A stretch of 64,000 bases of DNA, from positions 85,126,001 through 85,190,000 of the forward strand of contig OX597816.1 in NCBI GenBank assembly GCA_951406725.2, read 5' to 3'. The notes beneath the pieces were generated by a model, which was given only the letters and a program-made list of their open reading frames with translations, was not told the origin of the DNA and did not search any database. Position 1 is the stretch's first letter; each line of letters begins with the position of its first letter. The position numbers and the translations under genes are program-made. Source of the stretch: Octopus vulgaris. Lineage: Eukaryota. Positions 53,479 through 64,000 of this stretch are shown here, in pieces.

Positions 53479-53546
<68 letters not shown>

Positions 53547-53631
53547 GTGGTGCTATTAAGTTAGACATGGCCTGGACCAATCTTTGGTCGAATCATATCT
53601 AAGTTTATCTAAGTTTATATATATATATATA

Positions 53632-53822
53632 GTTAATCCAAACAAGAAAACACCAAAAAACACAACAACGCGAGGACGTGGAACAAATAAAGTATTATTG
53701 GACGCTCAGGAAAGTAGGGAAGAAGGAGGGTTTAACGTTTCGAGCGGAGCTCTTCGTCGGAAAGATCCCGAGAAGGGAAGACAGAGGAAAAAAATCGCCA
53801 GTGGTACTCACGAGGTCACATT
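53632..53822 (-). mobile_element. Repeat family C copy
   Basis: Matches 43158-43358; motif CCGACGA-A-GAGCtccGCTC-GAAA-CG-TT-AAAC at 53730-53764. Confidence 0.8.
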
Positions 53823-53982
53823 CCTCAACACTTACAAAGCGATTTTGTTTCACCAAAGTTTGCAGGACGTCCTCGACGAGCTCCACTGATCTTCCAGGAC
53901 GGAGCTTGTCTTCTAGGCTGTAGTTTTCGGCTCGGAATTTTCGGAATCACTGTCTAACCTGGTTTTCGCTACTTGTCCGATC

Positions 53983-53988
<6 letters not shown>
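53821..53988 (-). mobile_element. Duplicate of mariner segment 54921-55090
   Basis: About 5 differences over ~167 bp. Confidence 0.92.
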
Positions 53989-54034
<46 letters not shown>

Positions 54035-54295
54035 CAGAGGGTGGGTGAAAGTATGTAGGCATTAAAAAATTGATGATAAAATGCATATTCCTTTTATAAA
54101 TTTTTTGAAACAAACGACACATGTTCTTTATTACGTGGCAAAATGAAAGTAAATTTTCATATTTCAACGTAAGCACAGGTGGCGTCAACCAGTTTCCTCA
54201 AACGGCCAGGGACGGAATGAACACCCTTTTGAAGGAGGTCATCTGGGATATCATTGTGAATCTCCTGAATCTGTGTCTGCTAGTCCTCCAGTGTG
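54035..54295 (-). mobile_element. 3' end of a Tc1/mariner-superfamily element
   Basis: TA-CAGAGGGTGGGTGAAAGT TIR-like end next to (TA)n; minus strand encodes QIQEIHNDIPDDLLQKGVHSVPGRLRKLVDATCAYVEI*, a transposase-type C-terminus. Confidence 0.65.
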
Positions 54296-54428
54296 TGATA
54301 TGTATTATAAAATCCCAGCCTCCTCACTCCAGAGGATGTTTTCAAATAATTCATTCTGATCAGCATACCAACCTTGCATCAACTCCCCATATTCCATTCT
54401 GCGGTCGCAGTCTTCAGGTTTTTAGCTC

Positions 54429-54480
<52 letters not shown>

Positions 54481-54534
54481 TTATGCTGGGGGACAAACGC
54501 ACAGACAAAAACTCACAAGTAAACACACACACAC

Positions 54535-54674
54535 ATTCTTTACTCTTTCATTCTTTTACTTGCTTCAGTCATTTAGTCGTGGCCATGTTGGAGCACTGCC
54601 TTGAAGGTTGTTTTTTTTTTATTCGAGCAATTCGGCACTAGGACTTATTTTTAAAGTCTAGTACTTATTCTATC
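54535..54674 (-). mobile_element. SINE family A 3' tail fragment
   Basis: ttttacttgcttcagtcatttagtcgtggccatgttggagcactgcc...ggacttatt...ctagtacttattctatc. Confidence 0.8.
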
Positions 54675-55326
54675 TTTCGCTACCCATTGTATTCGGCGCC
54701 TGTCATTATATAGAGAACCCAGTCCTCATCACCAGTCACTATTCTATACAAAATAGTTCATTCGTGACACGTGATAGCAAAGAAGAGCACACGTTCACTC
54801 TCTGCGCGAGATTGAATTCGAAAATTTCTGAGGGACCCGTTGAACCAATTTTCTCACTTTTCAGATGGCACGCAGGTATCGATGAATGGTTGAATGACCA
54901 AATCCAATCTTCCCAGCTAGTTCCTCAACACTTACAAAGCGATTTTGTTTCACCAGAGTTTGCAGGACGTCCTCGACGAGCTCCACTGATCTTCCAGGAC
55001 GGAGCTTGTCTTCTAGGCTGTACTTTTCGGCTCGGAATTTCCGGAATCACTGTCTAACACTGGTTTTCGCTACTTGTCCGATCGTCATATATTGCATCAA
55101 TATTCCACGCACTTTCCATTGCGTTGTGGTTTTTATTGAATATGCTCCTTTGTCATTTCCATTATAGCTTTTAAAAAATAACTGTTAAAATCGAAGTGCA
55201 CTCTTCAAAACTTGCACTAAAATAACAAGCTAAAATTACTACCCGCTTTTATAGCAAGTTGATGCGGGTAATTTATCCTGTCTCTCTCCGAAGTTTAGTT
55301 CATGCAATTGAAAAAACCACATTAGT
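54673..55326 (-). mobile_element. Mariner 5' half (transposase pseudogene N-terminus to the TGDE motif)
   Basis: ATG at 55162: MEMTKEHI...FRKFRAEKYSLEDKLRPGRSVELVEDVL...STIHRYLRAI...RVPQK...RIVTGDEDWVLY; truncated at a SINE. Confidence 0.9.
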
Positions 55327-56204
55327 TCACTTTTCCACATATACATACAGACACATATATGTGCATATATAAGTATATACATATATGCGCACACATAAAC
55401 ATACACTTGCCTACACATACGTATATGCATATATATGTTTATTTAAACATCTCTATACGTTCCGACGGAGTTATTTCATGAGGTATGTCGAGTTTTTAAC
55501 CATAAGAGGACACATCCTCTAGCTTGTTACCGATGCGAAGCAAAGTCCGTTCGAACTGACAGCCATTTTGAAGGGGTTATGAACGTTACTGCGTTACTGC
55601 AAATTATATATATATATATATATACATACACACACATACATACATACATGCATACATACACACACACATATATACATACATGTATATGTACATATATATG
55701 TGTATATAAATAGTATATACAAAAGGCGTCTCCAACCGCCGACAGTTCTTTTTCTGTTCATATTTTTAGTCTACTGGTCATGTAAGCACACACATATGCC
55801 ATATATACATGTGTGCTTGTGTGCACGTGTGTGCGTATTAATTATAAGGAGTGCTTAAGAATCGAGGTATATCAACATGGAAGACACCAGGAAATGGCCG
55901 GGTACAAATATTGGAACTCACAGTGAAACAAGTTTGTTGACCTCAAGTATGTGTAGGGTACTGTAGATACATAGGCAAGTACTAAATTCAATTTATGACC
56001 ATCAAACCGAATCACGTGTGCAAGCGTGTGTGGCATACGTATAAAATATTTAACACTAATAGCATTAAAAATAGCATTAAAAATTCGCGATAGGCGTTTC
56101 AACTAAATTTTGTTTAATATGTTCATGAAAGATTAAATAAGAATACACTATTCAACATCATCAGGTAAAATTTTAAGCATGCAGGACTTTAAACAGTCAA
56201 CCAG

Positions 56205-56600
56205 GGCATATCCAACGATTTTTTGCTAGCCCAACAAACGCCAGCGATGTCCAGAAGCAAGAACTCGTGCAAAACTGGGGCTTCATTCACGTAAGAGAAT
56301 ATGTATTTATTGGGACGGGAAGTGTCTAATCAAGTTCGAAATGCTTCAAATCAATTCCATGGTCAATGCACAGCTTTGAATTAGCAAACGCATTGGCTAA
56401 ACGACGCAACCAGTTGAAACAACCCAGTCGGTAACACGGCGTACATTTTCAACACGCTTCTCCCCACGTCACTAATTTGGCCAAGTGCTTTTTAGGAGCT
56501 TACTTGGGGAAATTCTACCCCACCCACCATATTTTCAAGGTATAACGCCTTCAAATTATTTCCTGTTTCGGTCCTCTTCAACAACCTGAAATTTTGGCAA
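56205..56600 (+). pseudogene. Old mariner transposase remnant (catalytic domain)
   Basis: AKLGLHSRKRICIYWDGKCLIKFEML...VNAQ and WEILPHPPYFQGITPSNYFLFRS (WEVLPHPPYSPDLAPSDYHLFRS motif). Confidence 0.75.
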
Positions 56601-59494
56601 AAAGTAGTGGACGACCAAGGAGATTGGTTTATCGATATATTTTTTTTTTATTAAAAAATGTAAATGACAAAATTAATGATCGAATTTGTCTAACAACCCA
56701 ATATATTACAAAGCTGATATTTACAAACTGGGTGCCAACATACAGGCCGTGTATAAATGAGAATCCCTGTTTAACAACAGACTAACATTTGCAGCAGAAC
56801 TTCTAAAATTCACTGTGTTCCACTAAATGTAACGCAAAATTTACCTCAGATATTTCCAATTAAATCATTGATTCAGTTAAACCATCTGATATATTTAACC
56901 CATAGATTATGAGCTATAAACTTAATAATATTCCTAAAAGCTTGATACACCATCTGTAAAAATTGCTAGAATGCTATTCGATCGAAGTGGTCAATCATAC
57001 TATTACATTACGCGTGTTATCTATTTAATTTCATAAGTGCACACAAATATATTCACAGGAATAGAAACTTTTATGGCTCGCGGTTGTCACGGAGAATAAT
57101 ATTAGCCATAAAATTTAGTTAATGTGCAAAATTTGCATAATTTGCATCTGGTTCATATACCATAATTCTGACCCGCAGGAGAAGATAGCGCATACTACAG
57201 ACTATTGGTAACATTATGATGTTTAATGATAAATGATAACAGTTTATTAAGTATAGACTCACTGGCATCATAATTACTGTCTTTGATACAAATCATAGAA
57301 TAATCATTTCTTGAAAATTATGTTATTGAAAATTTAAAATTTAGAAAGTACTTTAGTTTTAGAGGATTGACTCATTTCATTAATTTTCGCTTCAAGGTTT
57401 CTTTAGAAGCGATATTTTACTGAGAATACAAAAAATGAGATTAAATGTTTGACGTCATTCAAAACGCTGTAAAAAACAAAACAAAAAGAAAATCATATGC
57501 CGTAAGGATTTGAATCAGGATAACATTACTATTCTCTGAATCTTCACAGACACCCCTCTTCCTCACTTTATTTTCACATCAAATAGACTCCTTGCCCATT
57601 AGAAACTCAACATCCTTTCATAGATTTTACACTTAAAGCATTCCCAGATTTAATTACAAACTCACACAATACAGGTATTGATGGAAAGTATAAACTATTG
57701 CCCGTGGTAAGTAACTTTATCAATCAACGTTCTCTTTTGTTGCTCCAAAAAAATTTTGTGTATAAAATACATAGAAAACAGAATTTAATCCCCTTAGAAT
57801 TCTTGCGGCATTGTTTTAGAGACTACACAATATAAATAAGTCCGCAGAATCTAAACATGTCTTTTTAGTCAGCGATAAAATATTTCAAAGTAATTTTCTA
57901 TTTCAGGCCAGTGGCAGATATAGCTTCGTTAAGCACGTTTCTTCATGGGCGAAGTGTTAACTCACACACTTTCACAATCTTTCATTTGCTCCACAAAACA
58001 TCGTTTCAGCAGAGCTGTATGAATGATCGCAAATGTAATAATTAAGATCATTTTATATTCTATTTATTCGCGAACTCTTAGGGATAAAATAATTAGAGTT
58101 ATGTTATTTTGTTTAATGAATACAGTGGAAGGTAAACGACAATTGGTGGTGTTGTTAGTTGTGTTGATTTGCTGGTGTCACTGCTGATACTTCACATTGT
58201 TATTTTACTCATAATTTCTGCAAATAAAATATAAAGAATAATAGGGTAGACTTTAACAATATTTAGTAGACACTGCTTTTATCGTCACACATATTTCCAT
58301 ATGCGAATATAAAAGTTTGGTTGTTCGCGGAAAATATTTATAATACGCGTGTCATTGCAATATTCACCATCATATTATAATAACGTAATATTACAGCATT
58401 TTGTAAAATGTTAATCCCATATAAGTACACTGGAATTTTCTTTAAACTAAAGAACATACAGATAAATGCTCATTCTTTCATTTCGTATTTCAGATAGCGG
58501 ATATTTGAAAAAGAGAAGTTTCGGTTTACTAGTTGCCGATAGGAAACGATTAACTTTCAGTTATGGAAATCGGAGAGACCTTCATTTAACTAACACCACA
58601 TGCTCATTAGTATGATTATTTTTCATACTCGTATTCTTTAAGGACACGTGGTGCTTCTTAACTGCGCTCCCAAATAATATCCGGTCATCTAATACCCAAT
58701 GCGAAAATGATTGTTAAGATAAAATGAAAAGTTCTACAATACTTTGACGGTTTAAGTTGCTTTGGTGGTATGTTTTTACACCAAATAATTGAACTACCGA
58801 AAAGGTTTTTGTGTCGCATGGCAATCTAATTTGTCGATTAACATAGGATCAAATTGAAGGCGGATTATTGTGAAGGTCGTTTCACTTTAACGATCATAAA
58901 ACATAAAAGTTTCCAATCGATGCAAAGTAGAGCTACTGGAGTATTTTGGGTGTAGATTATGTATAATGACTACAAAATATATTTATTTTACACGAAAACG
59001 AAATTTCTTGTCTGAAACAGTCACATAAATGGTGTAATGAAATTGAAGAAAGATTTTGAAACTTCCGCTCTGCGAATTTATTTTCTTCAACAGCAAGGAG
59101 AGCTATCTTTTTGGAGTGATAAGCTAATACATACCCCTTTATTCTGTCTTTCCACATAGTCTATGCATAAACTAAAAACGAATGCAGCATAAAGTTAAAT
59201 TGGTATGGAGCTTTGTGAAAGATACGTATAGATTTCGCTAGTGAAAGCAAAATTCTTATTTAAAGGTTGATACTTTGGGATGAATCATTTGTGATTGTTT
59301 ATAAAAGAGGCTAGAACGACAATGCTAAAATGTATCTGAAGCAATGGACAACAATCAAAATATTATAATGAATGGGTAAATAAGCATCCTTAAAGTGAAA
59401 AACGCATTGGTAGGTAAACAAAGGTACAAACAGATAGAAGAAAGGGAAGGGAACATTACCTTTCAAGTAACTCAGGACAGGTAAAGGTAAGTTT

Positions 59495-60149
59495 GCCAAA
59501 GTTTAATGCAGTTTACATATGGAGATTAGGATTGTTCGGTATTGGATATTCTTCATGTACAGTGTTCCTAGTCAATTTAATCACCATGGCAGGAGGACAG
59601 TCGAAATAAATAAATAGATAAAATCCTTTCACTTTTATAAAAAAGATTAAAAAGTATGGCAAACCCTACGGACAAAAAACTATGTCCATTTAGGTCCATT
59701 AACATGGAATGCTGGGCAAAAAGTTTAGCGCATGACCATCCTTGGGACAAAAATGTGTGTAAAGTTTGGTGAAAATCGGTTGAGAACTGTGGAAATGTAT
59801 GCGTTCAATCTTTCTAGCCAATTTAATCACCGTCACTGAGGGACAGTGGAAATAAATAAATAGACAAAATCCTTTCACTTTTACAAAATGTATAACAAAG
59901 TATGGAAGACCCTAACAGATTATAAAACAGCTGATTAATGCAAACAAATAGCAATAATCTATTGTTGGCTTCCCATCGCTCTAGAGACCCCAGTGTCGAT
60001 TTAAAAGATGTAAGTAGCCTATATGAAGTAGCTGTGTATAAAATTTTAAAGAAAACGGATGAAAGATGTAGAAGATATTGAGGTACATTAAATTATTATA
60101 CACATACAGGTAAACACACATACACGCAGAGAAAACCTGTTTTATAGAC

Positions 60150-60152
<3 letters not shown>
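59495..60152 (+). mobile_element. Possible non-autonomous Helitron/Helentron-like element with internal ~246-bp period repeats
   Basis: Direct repeats at 59568-59668 and 59814-59914. Motif gtgtgtaaagtttggtgaaaatcggttgag recurs degenerate at ~60033, followed by an (AC)-rich tract and ttttatagacatatat. Confidence 0.4.
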
Positions 60153-60212
<60 letters not shown>

Positions 60213-60985
60213 CATGTGTGTCTGTGTGTGTGTTTGTGTGTCTATTTTGGAAAATAATGTCCCAAATTTCAGAGACACATCAATGAGACTTAGCTTAGGG
60301 CTTTTTGAAATAAATGCTGAAGTTTCAATTAGAAATATAGTGAGGATAAAAAGAATACCGACTAAAATGTTTTCGATTTACCTGCTAAATCTGATGGTTT
60401 TGATATATCAACAAAAAGAACTTATAATGATTACGTATGTTCAGTGTCATAGTAGTCAACAAAAAATATATAACCTCTGCAGTACTTTGACTCTAATCTC
60501 TTAGACGGGTATTTCGCTGCCAACGGAATATGATCTGAACTGGAATAAAACATATTTTGCAACATCCTTCGATAAGTGTACTGAGACATACATACACGTA
60601 GAATAGATAAACACATACTTTCATGTAGGCTTATCAGATTCTATACAGAAGCACCTAAGAAGATTTACACGTTCGTGTTTACAATTAGCGAAACACATAA
60701 AACTCTGCTTGTCAATGGATATCCCTATCTATAATTACGCTAAATGGGAAATTTAAATCATATAAACTAGATCGTAATCAATAATCCTAGTTTCTATTCA
60801 AAATGCACCTTGACATATAGACACCTGCAAATGTATAAGCAAAATAATTATCACATGAATAACCGTGTACATATACATACACATTACACACACACATATC
60901 CATCTGCTGCTGTATATTTATATATATTGCGACAATAAAACCAAGGCTGCGTGGAATTTCCAGTACATTTATAAAGATAAAGTTA

Positions 60986-61032
60986 GTCTTACACTGTTTC
61001 TGGGATATTAGGGATATCCCTTCATCAGAGAC
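60986..61032 (-). ncRNA. Type I hammerhead ribozyme motif (minimal, near-intact)
   Basis: Minus strand GTCT-CTGATGA-aGGGATA tccctaa TATCCCa-GAAA-CagtG-TA-AGAC; A.A mismatch at the base of stem II. Confidence 0.65.
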
Positions 61033-61289
61033 GATGTGAGATGATTAAATAGAGGAAAATATTAAATAGAGGAAAATATGAGGAATTATTGTGGAAAAGG
61101 AAGCAAATAAGGAGTATACAGGGAAATAAGAGAATGAATGTAGAAATAAAAATAAAAATGTAGAAACATGTTATAGTTGCAGTTCCATTATTCGAGGAAA
61201 GTGGTGTGTAGAAGTGGTAGACATTCTTCCTGTCTGTGAATCTTTCTCAACAGCCTCCGATAAACGGAAGCTTTCCCTCTATTATCAAA

Positions 61290-61733
61290 ATTTACATTGT
61301 AACAATTCTAGGGTCATCTTCCCTCTACAAATCCATTGCAGGAGGTCTAATGTAATTTATAAATGCACCGTCCTCAACATGTTGCATAATTCTACAACCC
61401 TATATATAGGATCAACTATAACTTTTAAACAACGATACGCTGCGCATCTTAATTCTTTTAGATTCGACAAACACAGTAAATCCACAACAATTGCCAATCA
61501 CACAGATTATCTCAAAAATAGAAATATTCCCTACATCTTGCCATGGCCCATAATAGATCCACGGCTTCCATACCAAGGTCAGCACTCAGCCTGTAAGCTG
61601 TGCCTAAAAGTGGCATATTAAAACACAACATATTAAAACACAACTATTCAATAAATATAACGAGGCTCTAGGTACATACAATAACCGCTTTTTCCATACC
61701 TTCAAATTTTACAACAATCTAAATGCAACCTAA
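61290..61733 (+). pseudogene. Penelope-type GIY-YIG endonuclease C-terminal remnant
   Basis: CNNSRVIFPLQIHCRRSNVIYKCTV...LYIGST-ITFKQRYAAHLNSFR...STTIANH...CKLCLK, then after a frameshift LFNKYNEALG...FFHTFKFY. Confidence 0.88.
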
Positions 61734-62835
61734 ATAACAACACAGCGTATATCCCGAATATAACTTAAGTAATCCCCAACAACCCTATTTGTCTTTCCAT
61801 TAATTTTTTAACTCGCCAATCTTATTTTAATTGTTTAATACTACACATATGGACATGCATATGCGTACGTATGTGGATGTATGTGCTCATGTGTATGTGT
61901 ATACATATATGTCTCTGTGTGTGCTGCATGTGTACGTGTGTGCGCGAGTATGTGTGTGAACGTGTGCATGTATGCATGTATATGTGCGCACTTGTATGCG
62001 TATGTGTGTATATGTATGCATGTGCATATGATATGTGTGTGTAAGTGTATATATATGCATGCATGCGTACGGGTGTAAATACACAAATACGCAGGTCTAT
62101 ATACCAATGAGTACACACACATATAGGTACATGTGTGCGAGCGTATATCGATATACACTTCTTTCTTTCTCTCTGTTTCCTCTTCCGACACTATCACATT
62201 AGCCATTAGAATAAACACATAACTCTATTTATAGACACTTGACCACCTAACTCTATTTATAGAAACTTGACCACTCTTAGTATTCTTTCCTTCCAATTTG
62301 TGGTTTACTACCAACTTTAGAAAACCCAACCTAATACTTTTTCTGTAACCATCCCTTAATGCCATTCTAACATATCACTTCATCTCACTCACCTCACACA
62401 TATACATTACTTACATCCTAATCTCTTCCTACCATCTCGTACCCGTCTCCAATCCCCTGATAATATCTTGACCACGAACTAACACTCCTGTTTTCACATT
62501 TTTTACACTTCCTTACACATTTTACATTTTCTCTCCTTGTTTACATTTTATTGTCCCCTTTCTTTCCTTCTTCTTTTCTCACCTTGACCTCTCTCTTCAT
62601 TTTAACATACAAATCACTTCTCCTCTCTCTATCCACTTAATACTACCACTGCATTCTCAAATATCCATTCGCACCACAAGATCCCTTTGAATGAACAGCA
62701 CATGGAATCAACGTCTCCACACTTTCAATTTGTGATGTCAAAATATGAGCTCATTTTGGAATTTACATGCCACGGAGAGGAAGCATTTTCTTGGATAATG
62801 GAACTGCAACTATAACATCTATATACATATTTATT

Positions 62836-63606
62836 GGCTCTTTTCCTTTTGATGGACGGAATTTTCTAGTTAACTAAACAATTTAAAACTTCGTATACTG
62901 GTAGAATGTGTCAAAAGAAAACATTATTGCAAACAAAATTGAAAACAAAATTGTAATTTGTAAGTTTAACGTAGTTTAATTCGAATTTTAACCAATGAAA
63001 TCCCAGCATTTGAGCTCAAATCATTTGCTGCGTCTAAAAGCTCACACACACACACGTCTTATTCAACCTTCTCTCTTCTGTCTTCTGTCTTCTGCATGTG
63101 CTAGATATAACAGCTTTATCTCTTAAATCGATGAATTTCGTCGCCCAATACAAATATTAACGATATTTTTTGAATATTTTCTTTATTTTTTTTTTTTACC
63201 GAAAAGGTTTCTCCCATGGTTTTGAAGGGCCAGAAACAACAAAAACAAAACAATAATATGCCTAAATCGGTCTAGAGAGTGCGCGTGGAGTGTGGGTCGT
63301 ATTGTAAAAATTTGCGAAATATTTTTTCATAAAAGGATGACCCAGCTTGTCGTAGGCTGTGATATAAATTGGGAAAAAAATCCTCGACACCAGTGCGTAA
63401 TTGGTACTTAATTTATAGACCCCGAAACGATGAAACATTGACCCCCTCCTTCTGGTTTATTTACCTTTTGTGTAAATTTGTTGCGGCAAGGGGCAAAACA
63501 CAGAGGGGACAAAGCATGAGATACAAAAGTATTAAGTCGATTACTATGTGCTTGGGCAAATGTATATGCATGTGTTTGAGAGAGAGAGAGAGAGAGAGAG
63601 ATAGTG

Positions 63607-63657
<51 letters not shown>

Positions 63658-63973
63658 AAGTGTACGTATGTATATATCTGAATATGTGTGTATGTGTGTG
63701 TATGCGGCGTGCGTCTGCTATGTTTCTTTATCATTATCGATAACGCAGCAAATGATTTGAGCTCAAATGCTGGGATTTCATTGGTTAAAATTCGAAGATG
63801 CTGGGATTTCATTGGTTAAAATTCGAAGAATTAAACTACGTTAAACTTACAAATTACAATTTTTTTTTCAATTTTGTTTACAATAATGTTTTCTTTTGAC
63901 ACATTCTATCAGTATACGAAGTTTCAAATTGTTTAGTTAACTAGAAAATTCCGTCCATCAAAAGGAAAAGATC
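62836..63973. mobile_element. Non-autonomous Mutator-like (MULE) element
   Basis: ~200-bp TIRs (62836-63034 and 63743-63973) beginning with G; 9-bp TSD ATATTTATT at 62827-62835 and 63974-63982. Confidence 0.85.
63384..63544 (-). mobile_element. SINE family B fragments inside the MULE
   Basis: tcgacaccagtgcgtaattggtacttaatttatagaccccgaaacgatgaaa and caaggggcaaaacacagaggggacaaa...attaagtcgatta. Confidence 0.75.
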
Positions 63974-64000
63974 ATATTTATTTTTTATTTCTATATACAT

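Larger units (their letters stand above)
60927..64000 (+). mobile_element. Penelope-like element: inverted pLTR (60927-61205), truncated GIY-YIG ORF and direct 3' region interrupted by a MULE
   Basis: 61141-61205 is the reverse complement of 62783-62835 plus 63983-64000; GIY-YIG remnant and hammerhead present. Confidence 0.8.

Noticed and set aside
58494-58612. Exon-like frame SGYLKKRSFGLLVADRKRLTFSYGNRRD with dibasic sites, neuropeptide-like
   Set aside because: No signal peptide, repeated peptide or amidation pattern; K/R codons are common in AT-rich DNA
62219-62275. Short local tandem duplications (also ~10555, ~18343, ~52478, ~61044)
   Set aside because: Ordinary slippage duplications

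Overview
AT-rich, microsatellite-dense eukaryotic DNA with no host protein-coding gene that I can support. Most ORFs in the track are simple-repeat artefacts. The SINE families and repeat make-up resemble those I recall from Octopus genomes; this assignment is inference from memory, not a database result. The window is a transposon graveyard. It holds two near-full-length decayed mariners with TIRs, three further mariner pieces, a DD41D (rosa-like) remnant and another Tc1/mariner end. It also holds R4/Dong-like and CR1-like LINE 3' ends, Penelope-like (PLE) remnants with a GIY-YIG domain, two tRNA-derived SINE families in many copies, a Mutator-like non-autonomous element with a 9-bp TSD, a possible LTR with an iMet PBS, and several long hairpins. 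The most notable signal is a set of hammerhead-ribozyme motifs: one apparently intact at 14452-14519, one near-intact at 60986-61032, and minimal or decayed ones in short repeats. All sit on PLE-like modules anchored in (TA)n tracts. Also notable are a CR1-like LINE and a SINE sharing a 3' tail, and a recurring SINE-SINE heterodimer.
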